From Gordius albopunctatus (taxonomy: Eukaryota): DNA of 64,000 nucleotides. A program made the translations under genes and the position numbers. Below the pieces are notes generated by a model. The model did no database searches, had not been told where the DNA came from, and was given only the letters and a program-made list of their open reading frames with translations. This document shows, in pieces, positions 26,958-39,533 of this stretch. The first letter of the stretch is position 1. Each line of letters starts with the position of its first letter. The stretch covers positions 5,704,001 to 5,768,000 of the forward strand of contig OZ193909.1 of NCBI GenBank assembly GCA_964276515.1, in the 5' to 3' direction.

Positions 26958-29900
26958 GTTCCCCCCTTTTCACAGACAAAATCCTTCAGGAATGCTGGCG
27001 GTTTCCGGCTACGTTGTGGGTATCTCGGTTCTTCCCTAGGCGTTCCTGTCTGGTTTTGGCTTTGTTCCCTTGTCGTACTTGTTACCCTGTTTTGCATTTG
27101 TTCCATTGGCGCATTTGTCCCCTCTTCCCTTTCTGGTGATATTCTTTGTGGCCACCCGTTCTCTTGCCCCAGCATGGTCCAATCCAGGATTTTCCGTTTC
27201 CTTATTTGATCCAGGTGTCGGTGGTGTTTTCTTCCCTGTGCCCATACATCGTAGGAACGACTCCCGTGTTTGGCCTTTATCGTGCCTTCCACCCATTTGC
27301 TTGGACCCAGGAACATGCGTACCCACACCAAGTCTCCTAAGTTGAACATTCGTGGTTTCCCGGTCTCTACCCATTGTTGCGGTACGGTTTCCCTTAATAC
27401 CTCCCATTCGGTTCGTATACGCCTTTTTAACATCATCTCTGCCGGGCTTTTATTGGTTGTGGGGTGTTTTGTCGATCTATAGTTTTCCAGAAATCTATTT
27501 ATCCCTACTTCCGACTCGTTCCTCAAGATGGCTTCTTTCATTAATCGTACGTATCTTTCTGCCAAACCGTTCGACGCCGGATGGTACGGAGCTGTCCATC
27601 GCTGATTAATCCCTTAAATCCTGTCCTTTGAATTGTGGGCCATTATCCGATATTAGCCATGGTGGATTTCCAAATCTCGCAAACGTCTCGGCAAGTTTTT
27701 TTATAATGGTTGTCGACGTGGTGTCTTCTAACTTAAACACCTCTACCCATTTCGAACTATTGTCCACCATCACGAGGTATGACTTACCCTTGAGAGGCCC
27801 CATGATATCGATATGTACTTGGACCCATGGTTTTTGGCTAGGTTGACACTCTATCAACGGTGCCTTCTTCGCCGCCGTGGCCGTGTAATTGCAATCCCGG
27901 CATCCTTTCGCTACGCTTAATATGTCCTCGTCGAGAGTAGGCCACCATATATACTGCCGCGCCACTTCTTGCATTCGCTTGATACCCACGTGGCCCCTAT
28001 GTAGTCTTTGTAGTACCGCTCCTCGTAACTTAGCCGGAATTAATATTCGTCGCCCTTTGTAATATATTATGCTCTTGGCCTCATGCAACTTTGGCAGGTG
28101 TTTTTCGTAGGTGCGTTTTAGCCCACCCGTGACCATTGTGTTTTGTTTACCTTTCATCCACTCTTTTACTTGACGTAGCCCCGGATCCTCCAAGGTGCGT
28201 TGTCTTACTACGTCCAATGAAATAAACGGATTCGTCGAGTCTTCTGGAATTTCCTCGGTAACCTGATACGCGTGTTCGTTCGGTTTCCTGGACAGGAAAT
28301 CTGCCGCGTTTTCGGCTCCCTTGTTGTACTCGAACTTGGTCGTGTAGCCTGATACCATGAGCGCCCACCTAGTTAGCCGAGGTGACCATTGTTCCTTGCC
28401 CTTTTTGCTCTGGACGAATATATATACTAGCGGTCTATGATCCGTCATAATAGTTACGCTTCGTCCCTGTATAAATTCATTGAACTTTTTTAGTCCATAC
28501 ACCACCGCCAGAGCCTCTCGTTCGATCGTCGCATACTGGCTTTCGCTATCGTTTAACGCTCTTGACGCATAGGCCACCACCCTCCAATTCTCTCCTGGTG
28601 CTCGTTGCTGTAAGATGGCCCCTAACCCTGTACTAGAGGCGTCTACTACCAGCCCCGTCTCCCAATCTCCATTAAAGTACGCCAGTACGGGGGCTTTCGT
28701 AAGGGCGGATTTGATAGCTTCAAACGCGCCTTGTTGTTCTCCACCCCAGTGGTACACCACATTATTTTCATTAGTTTCTGAATCGGGTGTATGATTTTGG
28801 CGTAGTCCTTAATGAACTTTGCAAAGTATGCTGTTAACCCAAGGAAGGATTTTATTTCTTTTTTGTTTGTTAAACTTTTCCACTGCTTGACTATCTCGGC
28901 TTTATTTTCGTTGATTTGGATCCCCTTGTTACTTATTACGTATCCCAAAAAGGTTACTTCCTTCGCCCACAAGTTGCTTTTGGTAATGTTTGGCACGAAC
29001 CCCCACTTTTGTAACATTTCTAGTACTTTGAGTAACCGCTCATTGTGGATTTCTTCCGTTTCCCCTGCAATTAGTATGTCGTCGATGTATACCGCTACCC
29101 CCTCCATGCCTCCTAATATTTGGTCCATTGTTTTTTGGAAAATAGCCGCGGCACAATTTAAACCAAACGGCATCCGGTTAACTTTGAATAAGCCCTTGTG
29201 AGTCGAGATCGTCAACCGTTCGCTCGTCTCTGGTCCTAATTCAAGCTGTAAGTACGCTTTCGTGAGGTCTAGCTTCGTAAAATAACACGCGTTATCGAGC
29301 TTATTTAACAAATCGTCGATTTTCGGTAAGGGGTACAGCAACCCTTGTGCGTATTTGTTTATCGTAAACCGGTAGTCTATACATAATCGCAGAGTCCCAT
29401 CGCTTTTTTTCACGGGTACCACTGGGCTGGCCCATCTTGAGAAATCGATTGGTTCTATCACCCCGTCTCTGACCCATTTATTCAGTTCATCTTCTATTTC
29501 TTTCTTCCACGCCATCGGCACTCTTCGCGCGGGGATAAATACGGGATCTATGCCCTCTTTTACCGGTACTTCCACCGTTATTCCCTTGACTGCTTGCGGG
29601 AATTCGTTTCGCTGGCCCTCCCATCGCTTCATCACATGCTGTATCGCTAACTTGGTATCCTTCGGTCTTTCCACGTAATTGACCGCGAACCGTTCCGCCG
29701 CTGTTCTCGAGTTCCAACGCATTTGACGCCATACTTCGGGTTCGAATTTTTGTATCCAATCGATCACGCATAGCGGCGGCCCCGCTACGTCTGCTAGCAA
29801 TAACGACAGCTGTTTCCTCGTGTTACCCAATCGGACATCGGCTTGTACCTTGGCTACGATCTTTATTTCCCCGTGGACGTAGGCGTACACGGTCGGGACG

Positions 29901-30615
29901 GCCTCTTTGTTGCGTGGGATCTCCTTCGCCCATCTTCGCGCCGGTAATATCGAAACCGTAGCGCCGGTATCGACGATAAATTGGAACAATTCGTTATTAA
30001 TATATATATCAACTGTTAACACATCTAAAGCATGGTTTAACCTGGGAATCCGGACCGGCCCAGGCCACGCTTCTCGTCTCGCCACTACGCTCCACGCCTC
30101 TTCGCCCCCGTCCTGCAAGGTGCTTAGCCCGCCATTTATCGTCTCGGCCGTTACTGCCAGCTCCCGTAGGCGGTCCCATTTGATGTCATTTTCCGCCAAC
30201 AGTCTTGCTTGTAAGCTTCTATCGCGCAATCCTATAATGAATTGGTCGACGATTCTGCTCTGCACTTCTTCATTTCCGAAGTTGCAGCTATAGCCCCGGC
30301 CTTGAGTCCATTGGCGTACGAGTCTATCGTCTCTCCCTGGCCTTGTCGGAGCTTTCAGAATTCGTACCTCTTTGCCCTCGTACATGAATTTCTCTGGAAT
30401 AATTTCCTTAATCGATTTTTCGCTTCTTCGTATGTAATTCCTGTCAACTCTTGCGGTCTATAATCCTCTAGTATTAATTGGAATGCATCCCCCTCGAGGC
30501 TGGTTAATAATAGCGCGGCTTTTTGTTCATCTGTCTCCGTCTTATTGTTCCTAAGGAATAACTCAAATTGGGTTAAGAAAGCGTCGATGTTAGCCGTTGT
30601 TTTATATTTCTGCAT
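26945..30615 (-). pseudogene. Disrupted gag-pol polyprotein of the Gypsy element
   Basis: gag (FLTQFELFL, RYEF*KLRQGQGETIDSY, IVDQFIIGL), protease FIVDTGATVS, RT WASPVVPVKKSDGTLRLCIDYR...YIDD, RNaseH VDASSTGLGAIL...EREALA, integrase HRGH..CRDC, HID/SDNG/AER. Lesions: TGA at ~30355, frameshifts near 30300 and 28760, and a small frameshifting deletion near 27610. Confidence 0.9.
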
Positions 30616-30626
30616 CTCCGCGTAGG

Positions 30627-30644
30627 ATCCTACTCACGACGCCA
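30627..30644 (-). other. Primer-binding site (probably tRNA-Ser)
   Basis: TGGCGTCGTGAGTAGGAT lies 1 nt from the LTR. It is complementary to a tRNA 3' end ATCCTACTCACGACG-CCA whose discriminator G and sequence resemble tRNA-Ser. Confidence 0.75.
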
Positions 30645-30645
30645 C

Positions 30646-30886
30646 TGTTAGGGGCTGATATTTATTCTCGTAAACTATTAGGAGTGTGATACAAAAACAC
30701 GACGACCAAATCATAAAAAATGTGTTGGCGTATATATCCAAAGCCTTTATATGTTACAACCAATTAACGATAATTTGATCGCCAACGCGCGTGTAAATAA
30801 CATCAAATTTGATCGCCAACGCGCGTGTAAATAACATCAACACGCAGGTAACTATCGTATCCCTGGAGGCACTTTACCTCTCTACA
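30646..30886 (-). repeat. 5' LTR of the Gypsy element
   Basis: TGTTAGGGG...CTCTCTACA on +, followed on the minus strand by the PBS. Confidence 0.95.
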
Positions 30887-31268
30887 AATTATATCATCGC
30901 GAGTGTATGCACCATTATCATTCTTTCGTTTGTTATATCGCATACCGCACTTAACAATCATTATACCGCGCTTAACAGTGGTGTCGCGCAAAGAACCTAA
31001 CAATCACACATTAGGGGAGTGGGATTGGTGGAAAAAGAAGGCAGAGTAGGTGAAGGGAGAGAATGATGTATTTCTAAATATCGCATATGTAGTGTGTACT
31101 CTAATCTATTCCGCATTCCAGTCATAGGGCGTGGGGGCGAATACTGATAAGAGGAAGGGGTTTACCTAAACGCAGATAAACTTAAAGAAAGCTGTTAAAT
31201 AAAAAATTAAATTATGGACATGTAGAATAAACTTTAATCTACACGAATAAATTAATATTTTCCAATAT

Positions 31269-33377
31269 TAGTGATGCGTAAAAACCGATAAAATTTACGG
31301 TCTCGTCCCATCTCTAAAAACCAAGACGACACGAGAATTTGAAAATGACCCGCGAGACGAGAATATTGATGTTGAGACGAGAAAATACTAAAATTTTTGA
31401 CAAGATCTCGACTTTTTATTAATCATTAGATTTTAGTAAATTATTATGTATTTAAATATGCTTAATTTACTATTATGGTTTAAAACATAAATCAATATGG
31501 TAGGAATATGTTTCATATTAAAATATTACCTTAGTATAGTAAATATGATCTATTTTTGCAAAAAGTTTAAAATTTGGCAATTACAGTTCATTTACCTAAA
31601 TATGGATGGCCCTTATAGTTTGTGAATAAATATTTATCATATTAAATGTTACAAAAATTTTGAACTCAGAATAAGTTTTGATAGAGTATTAAATATTACT
31701 AAAGCATATATGAATTTTACAGTTGCTCATCCTGCATGATGCCGTATAGTGATGCGGAAAAACCGAGAAAACCGAGACGAGACGAGAATTTGAAAAATGG
31801 AGTCGAGATCGAGACGAGAATTTGAAAAATGGAGTCGAGATCGAGACGAGATTTTTGATGTCGAGACGAGACGATACGAAATTTTTTTGGCGAGATCTCG
31901 ACTTTTTATTGATCGTTAGATTTTAGTAAATTATTGTGTCTTTTGATTTTCATGATTTACATTTAAGGTATTAAGTGTAAGTCAATATATAATGGAATAT
32001 ATTTTATATTTAAAAAAATTCCGAAGTGTTGCAAATATTATATATTTTTGCAAACAATTTAAAATTTGGCAATCATTACCTAAGTATGGTTGACTTTTAG
32101 GGTATGTGAATAATTGTATAATATATTTATCACATATTTATATCCATAGCATTATTAGATATTACAAAAGTTTAGGCTTAGAATGAGTTCTGATAGAATA
32201 GTAAATATTACTAAAGCATATTTGAATTTCGCAGTTACTCATCTTGCATGAACCGGTAATTATAAATTTGAACCAAAACATTATGTGAATACATAGTTTT
32301 GTCATATGCATTACTTTTCACATTACAAGCTGGGTTGGCAAGTGCATGAACCTATATTGTATTCGATAAATAACTACTTAATGGCAAAGTTAATTAGGAT
32401 TGGAAGGTAATTATTTGGAATATGAATTTGATTATAATAATTTTTGTCACAAATTTAAATACGTGCACTTTAATTTAAAGTTTAAAACCTTATGTTCTTA
32501 ATCCTATATAATGCTGCTTTTATTGTTGATTTATAACGTATTAATATGTACAACTAGTTGATCACTCGCACTTTGTGGTTTATAACGCTATAGTGAACAT
32601 GCAATAAAAACTATGGGCTATAATTGATGATAGTAATTCAATGGACTTAAACTTTGCCTTAAATATGTTAAGGTCTACTTTGAAGCTTTAGCCAGCGTTA
32701 ATAACAGGTCTCAATTTGCTCAATTGTGCAACTAAGTCAACTATAAGCGAACTTATAATTTTCTCAGTCTATTTACAGTTGACAAACACAGTGAATTTGA
32801 TACAAATGTTATAATTTGCAAGAAATATAAAATTTAATAAGGTATTTAATCTAACAATCAGTTTATTTATTGCATAAAAGTTTTCGCTCCACAAGAGTCC
32901 TGATTTAAGCTCAAATCTAAAAAGTGTTAATAAACACCACCAAGTTTAATGCACAATAATGCTATTTTATATATTAAACAAAAATCTATCCTTTTGTACT
33001 TTAATTTAAATCTATTTATAGTTTTTTAAATTACACTCTCCATATAAAATGTTGTCTTTAGTAATTAGTTCACATCTTTATATGACAGTGAGATGTCGTG
33101 TCGCTCTAAATCTTTAGAAAGTTTGTATATTAAGGTTTTTCAAAAATAAGAAAGTTTGCCATTTAGATGTTTTTAACAATTAACACTTATTTAATATTTT
33201 TAATAAAACATGAGAAATTTTTATTTCGTTAAATTAAAAAAAAGTCGAGACAATTCGAGAGTTCTCGTCGAGACGGAGATTTTTTTAGACCGAGACAAGA
33301 CGAGATTTGCCTAATCGCTCCCGAGACAAGACGAGATTCTGCTTTCGAGGCCAAGACGAGACCTCATCTAAACACTA
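31269..33377. mobile_element. GAGAC-repeat non-autonomous DNA element: partial copy (31269-~31740) plus full copy (31747-33377)
   Basis: TAGTG...CACTA ends and many CGAGACGAGA subterminal repeats. The first ~470 bp are duplicated. A third, truncated copy lies at ~54082-54951 (-). No TSD seen, so the superfamily (hAT-like) is tentative. Confidence 0.7.
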
Positions 33378-33910
33378 GGTAAAATATTAAATGAATTAAG
33401 AGTGTTTATATTGCATAAAAGACTAAAACACTTATAAATACTTTAAAATTGTATATATACTTTTTCTATTTGAATTAGAGTTTCAACAGATAAACTTTTA
33501 ATCGTATTTTCTTTTTCAGAATTCACTAGTTCATTTTCCAAAAAAAAAGATTCATCTTCCCCAATAGATTACCTGGCTCTCCCACACCTAGTTTGTAGCA
33601 ATTTTATAAATTATAGGGACAGTTCTCCTGGGCGTTAATACTTGAGTTCCCTTTCATATCTTAATACATATCTCACTCTTCTTACTATAGTTGTTAAATT
33701 GCTAAGTAACTTCAACTAAAAACGCGAGCAGTTTAACAAAACGAGTGCTAGCTGTTCGGTGCAATAGTTTTAACAGTAGCATGTAAAAATGCTCAAGAGG
33801 TTAGTCGAAGCAGCAGCCAAATATGTTAAAAAATTTAGCAGAAACTCGAGCAGTAAATTCGAGCAGATAGTAGATTGAATTGCTATTTGTTAAAATTATA
33901 ATTTTTATCA

Positions 33911-34530
33911 TCTATATATATAAATTAAAGTCTATGTATATATATATATGTGTGTATGTATGTAAGTACTAAATTCTGAAACTACCCGCCCGATTCGCGC
34001 GAAAATTTAACCATAGATGCCCAGGGCGGCCAGGGATAAAATAGCTTTTTCAGAATCCTAAAATACCTTTTTGTTTTAAAAATATCGGACATTTCCCAGC
34101 CAGTTTAATTTATAGCAACATATACAATAATGACGTCAGGAAAGTTAGAATATAAGTAGAAATATGTATTATTTATTTATAGGATTAATTTAATATTATT
34201 AAAAATAAATATTAGACTTATACATTTTATATATTGAAATGGGGCACGAATTTTATCACGTCATGGATTTTATGAACCCACTATTTTTAGTGTATATATA
34301 GTATGTATGTAAGGGCTAAATTCTAAAACTACCGGCTCGATTCGCGCGAAAATTTAGCCGTAGATGCCCAGGGCGGCCAGGGGTAAAATAGCTTTTTCAG
34401 AATTCTAAAATACCTTTTTGTTTTAAATATATCGGACATTTCCCGGCCAGTTTCATCACACTTATAGTAAGTTAGTTAATTTGCCAGACATAATGTATAT
34501 GGCAAAACAACGTTTGCCGGGCTTATCTAG
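33911..34530 (+). mobile_element. Non-autonomous Helitron with internal ~150-bp duplication
   Basis: A|TC start, TA/TATG tract, body homologous to 54180-54795 (copies at ~33955-34105 and ~34303-34455), and 3' GGCAAAACAACGTTTGCC + CTAG. Confidence 0.8.
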
Positions 34531-35410
34531 CATTATATAAATTAAGAACTTTGCCCCGCCCCCCTATTTTTTATCCTTTTTCTTACCACGGGGGGCACCA
34601 GTGAAAAAAAGGGTAAAAAATACCTCTGATTGCCCCCATCCCCCCACCATTTTTGATATCTATTCAGGATGAATATATATGTTTAATTAATTGTCTAACA
34701 ACATCAATATTCACAACATCTATAATATATATAAAAATCAAACATTCTTTTGTTGATGTTGACTTTTTGACTCGCATAAAGCGCAGTCGAAGATAAACGA
34801 AAGATGAAAGGTCTAGATTTTAAAACATAATATTGATTTGAATTCAAAAGGATTAAGTGAAGCAAATTTTTATTGATTGCAAATATTAAAAGAGTCCCCC
34901 TCTTCTACTGGGTAAAATTTTCCCCTAATGGTACAAAGCTAGCTGGACTAGAGGTAAGATTTGTTTGGAATTTTATGCCCGAACCCGGCCCGGTTCAATC
35001 TTTTATCTTCATTGCCCGCCCGAACCCTTCGAGGTGTCCGCCCGGGCCCACTCAAAACATTAAAGCTGCCCGAACTACCAGGCCCGAAATATTAAATTTT
35101 CCCGTTAGGCCCGAAATTATGCGATCTCAAATTCTTTCAACCACTATTAATTGATTAAAACAAATATGCAATATTTTATTATCACAAATAAAATCTAATT
35201 TTCTATATTATTTAAAAGTTGAATGATTTTTTCAAATGAAACTTTTAATCTTAAATTTTAAACCTAATAGGTCAAAAAAGTTATTGTTTGGTCTTTCTAA
35301 AATATTTGGCCAGATATCACTGGCTAAACCGCTCTAGGTCACAATATTTTAATAGGATAATTAATTGCTAATGCATTTAGGGATAAACATGTTAGAACGT
35401 TTAAAAATCA

Positions 35411-35683
35411 TCTTCTTCTTCTTTATCAGTTATTTGGTCCCACATTGGTGGGGTTTGTTTTGATGAGTCTCTTCCATCTTGACCGGGTGAGTGCCATGTC
35501 TTGACTAATCTCTTTAGTTTCCATAACTTTATCGACTTGCCTTTTCCACGTGACACGGGGTCGTCCTCTTCCTCTCTTCCCCGGTATTTTCATGTCTAGC
35601 ACTTTTCGATTTACGTCATCCGGGTGCCTTCTTAGTATATGCCCATACCACCTTAGCCGATTTTCGTTAATCATGTCCGCCAT
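35411..35683 (-). mobile_element. RTE-like LINE 3' fragment (5'-truncated)
   Basis: RLRWYGHILRR...GKRGRGRPRVTW...SRWKRL is the typical RTE ORF C-terminus, followed by a (GAA)n tail. Confidence 0.88.
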
Positions 35684-35769
35684 AGTAATAGCAAAATATT
35701 AATTGAATGCAGCCGATGTCCATGAAAATATGTATGTAGCAATTTTTTAATTAAGTTTAAAGTATACAT

Positions 35770-36827
35770 TAGAGATCTGCACAAAGTCCGTTCCGCGGAC
35801 GGGTACGGACGGGCTTTTTATCATAAAAATTTTAACGGGCCAGACCCTGACGGGCTTAAAAATTAATGGAACGGGCTCGGACGGGCCTGAGAATTTTTTA
35901 ACGGGTTCGAACGAGACTGACGATTTATAAAGGGGCTTGAACGGGTCGGAGATAATATAAACGGTCATGGAATTACAAAGGCCCTTAAAATTCAGGCAAT
36001 TATATAAATATATATTTTTTATTGATAATATGGAATATTAATTGCTTAATTTCGTAACCTCTCATTTGAATATCTTGCAGCATTTATTCCTTTTTCAAGC
36101 GCCAAATTTGACTCTAAAACATTTTTATTTTATTTGTTATAGATTTTTGTTTACATAATCTAAGATTATAGCTTCGTATATATTCTTTTATAAGTAAGTT
36201 CAATTACTTATATACAATATACCAAAATTTTTGTGTTTAATTTTATCACAAATTTTACTGGTATGATTATTATTAAGGCCATTTAATTTAATAAATATTT
36301 TTGTTCTAATCCAAATCTTGGGTGTATTAATTGATATAAATTAATCACATCAATGTAAACTGCTTATTGAAAGTTGAATATTCTCTAGTGATTTTATTAA
36401 GGTATTTCAATTTTATGGTAATGATGAAAACTTCTTAGGTGTATTAACTTAAATTAATCAAATAAAAGTAAAGTATTAAAAGTGGAATATTCTCATGTAA
36501 TTTTTTAGAGTAATTTAATAGTAGTACTATATTAAAATTTTTTAGGTGTATTAACTGCGGAAATAATGGATGATTTATCATTTTTACATGATAATTATTG
36601 ATGTTTTTTTTATAAATATGTCAAAAAATAAAATTATGCCAAATTTTTGATGAATTCGGCCGGGCGCGGAGTTTTAAACAAATTTGAGCGGGCCTGACGT
36701 TTTTCTAAACAGCGGACGGGCCTAAAGTGGTGAAATTAAATTACGGGCGGGCTCGGACGGGCCTTAAAGTTTGGAAAACGGGTACGGGCGGGTCAAGCTT
36801 CTAAAAACGGCCCGTTGCAGATCTCTA
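35770..36827. mobile_element. hAT-type non-autonomous transposon
   Basis: Perfect 12-bp TIRs TAGAGATCTGCA, perfect 8-bp TSD GTATACAT, and subterminal ACGGG repeats. A one-ended relative starts at 53600. Confidence 0.9.
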
Positions 36828-37733
36828 GTATACATATTTAATAGATAATAATCTTACAATAAACAAAATTATATTGCCCCTTGAAGTTAACCCGTTTGCC
36901 CTACCCTATAAATGAACTTCTTAATGAATAAAATTAGTTCCATTAGTGTCTGCTGCTCTGTTAAAAAAACAAAATTTATCAATAAAATTTAAAAGCATTT
37001 TATGGATAATTTTTTTTAACTTAAAGCAAAAAAAGAAAGGTATATAAATTTATTATTAAATAAAAATAAGTAGTAGTTTAGCGGTAGCGACGAGTGATAA
37101 GGGAATAATAAAGGCGAATTGGAGAAGCTTTGTTAAATCATTTGTTAAAAAAATCAAATGAAATGTAACACTCGCAGGCATTGTATCAATTTTGGCGTGA
37201 CGATTTTGTACTTTGTATAGACGGCACATGTGAATTACGAACAATGAAAGGGCTACATAAATATGAATATTTCAATCCTTTCCATAAACCTAGCTAGGGA
37301 CTTGTTGGAAATAGAGGGATTCGGGCAAAAATTGTAAAAATAACTTGGGGACGGATGGCGAAATTAAGTTTCTTTACTTTTGTAGCATTTTCATATGCAC
37401 ACAAATAAAAAGGAACAAAACAATAAAGCCCGAATTGTCCGAAACCTATCTTCATGCCCACCCGGGCCGGCCCGAAAATAAAATTTTAGGACAGTTGCCC
37501 GCCCCGCCTGTTCGGGCAGTCTGGTCTCTGAGCTACACCTCTAAGCACACCAATATAATTTGGAGATTTTAAAATGGAGAAAATTAAACATTTAGAGCAT
37601 TTGAATTTTGATAATAGCTTTTATTCATCATCTTTTACTAAATTTACTAATTAAATTTTTGGTTAAATTGGTTTAAACTTGTTTATGGATACATTCGAAT
37701 AAATTAAATAAGTATTAACTAGGAAAAGCAAAA

Positions 37734-38392
37734 AAGAGCCCTGCACTGGCCGCCCGAAGCCCGACCCGAGCCCGACCCGGTCCGATTGGGTTTTAGGCCG
37801 GGCTCGGGCAAAATTTTATAATATAATCGGGGCTCGGGTCGGGCCTGATGTGGCGTCTCGACTCGAGGCCCGAGCCCGGCCCGAACTAAAACAAATTAAT
37901 CTCTTATAAAATATGATTTAAATAAAATTCGATATTAAATAATTATTTTTCGCACAGCGTACATTATATAGCTTCCAAACTTTATCTTTTTCTCTTGTCT
38001 ATTATAATATAACTGACCTGAATTGCAAATCTTATTCTAGTATTTAAATAGATTTATAGTAGCTGTTACAACTTTAGAAATAAGATAAGTAAATATTTCA
38101 AGAGGTTTTTTTTGTTTGAACTGTTAAAAAGATATATTATAAAGTTAAATTTTTAGCTTTAAATGATTAACCGAATAAATTATAATGAGTGAAAAAATTT
38201 TTATTTCAAACTTATCCTAGTTGTAAATACGCGTAATAACAATCTAATGCATTTTATATTAAGATGGTGAAATGAAATAATTTTAATTTTATTTAAAAAA
38301 TCGGGTCGGCTCTGGTCGGGCCAAAGATAAAAAAAAATCTTTCCGGCTCGGGCCGGGCTCGGGCAGAGGAAATTTTATTTTGCAGGGCTCTA
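37734..38392. mobile_element. hAT-type MITE (TAGAGCCCTGCA TIR family)
   Basis: AGAGCCCTGCA...TGCAGGGCTCTA with CCCGA/TCGGG subterminal repeats. Inverted homologue of 8128-8682. Fragments also near 20650-20910 and 58945-59035. Confidence 0.8.
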
Positions 38393-39381
38393 ATGTTAAT
38401 CCATCATATCAATACACCTACCAATTTAAATGTATTCTAATATTTTCAACAAAATTTTGGTAAAAATATAGAAACTAATCCCCTAGTTCCTTCCTAGATC
38501 TTTGCCAAACTTTAGGCCCCCTTTTCTAAATTAAATCCTGACTTGAGCTCCTGTGCCGGACTTTAATCAGAATTCAATCAATAGGGAGGCATGGCAGTTA
38601 TTCGAGGTATATATATAAACGCTAATTAAAATCCTTGCATAATACTTTTATTTAACAATTGTATAGCTACTTTAAAATTTTTATAACGACTTAGATTTTA
38701 AACTTCTCTCTTTTTTTATAAACACAATAATTAGAGGGGAGCAATAATGATTTAGGGAGGAATTAAATGATCTTTTTTAGATTCTAGTCATAATTTTAGC
38801 CATAATTTTAATAAATTTTTGGATTTAGAGGGGGGCAGCTGCCCCTTTCTGCCCCACTTACCCCCTCCCCCCTTGGCTAGGCCCATACAATAGAGTTATA
38901 AATATAAATGGTATTTTAAATCGTGGATAAACTAAAAAACTTTGGCACAGCAATAGGACCGTTATCCAATTCTGCTTTTATTTTCAATTGAACATGCCTC
39001 TAAATTAAACGAACCATATGTGCCCATGAATAAATCATCACAATTTATGTATTCTTTAACGCGCTCTTTTCAAGTTTCCCGTATTTTATGGAAAAACGAA
39101 TTTTTATCTAAATAACAGCATTTCAATCACGTCGTCATGTTAAATGTAAATGTAGAAAGAAATTGAATATTTATTATGAATTGCCTAGAATTTTCAAAAA
39201 TAAACAATAGTGGCTTTTTTACAAATGAAAATATGTATATGAAGAATATTAGTGTTAAAAGGCTGCAAAAACTTTATATCATAATTATTATTATTTGTTT
39301 GTTTCATTTTATGTGTAGTAAATAAATACCATATTATTATTAAAAAAGGTTATAGGTTTTTTTGTTATATTTGTAAACTTT

Positions 39382-39533
39382 CATGGGCGTAGCCAAGGGA
39401 GGGGGCCAGGGAGGGGCCCTCTAAATCCAAAAATTTATTAAAAAATTTTGGCTAAAATTTCTAAAAATAATCATTTAACCCCTCCATAAAATATATTTGC
39501 CCCCCTCTAATTCGAATGCTGGCTACTCCCACG
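39382..39533. mobile_element. Short MITE, CATGGGCGTAGCC family
   Basis: Perfect 8-bp TSD TAAACTTT. Confidence 0.85.

Larger units (their letters stand above)
26717..30886 (-). mobile_element. Ty3/Gypsy LTR retrotransposon, Mag-like, with both LTRs (4170 bp)
   Basis: Two 241-bp TG...CA LTRs (26717-26957, 30646-30886), 5-bp TSD AATTA (26712-26716, 30887-30891), PBS, PPT, and domain order gag-PR-RT-RNaseH-IN. Mag assignment is inferred from short LTRs, the 5-bp TSD and protein style. Confidence 0.95.

Noticed and set aside
26750..30463. Many plus-strand and alternative-frame ORFs of 60-130 aa
   Set aside because: Antisense or shadow frames of the GC-richer gag-pol with no recognisable motifs.
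30627..30644. tRNA-like 3' end with CCA
   Set aside because: Only 18 nt and adjacent to the LTR, so it is a primer-binding site rather than a tRNA gene.
31770..31880. Short direct repeats resembling a CRISPR array
   Set aside because: Tandem/subterminal CGAGACGAGA repeats of a DNA transposon, with no unique spacers, no cas genes and a eukaryotic context.
34949..37543. Single large hAT element (TAGAGGT...ACCTCTA) enclosing the RTE and the TAGAGATCTGCA element
   Set aside because: Only a 7-bp IR and the flanks (AGCTGGAC vs AGCACACC) do not form a TSD. Possible but unsupported.
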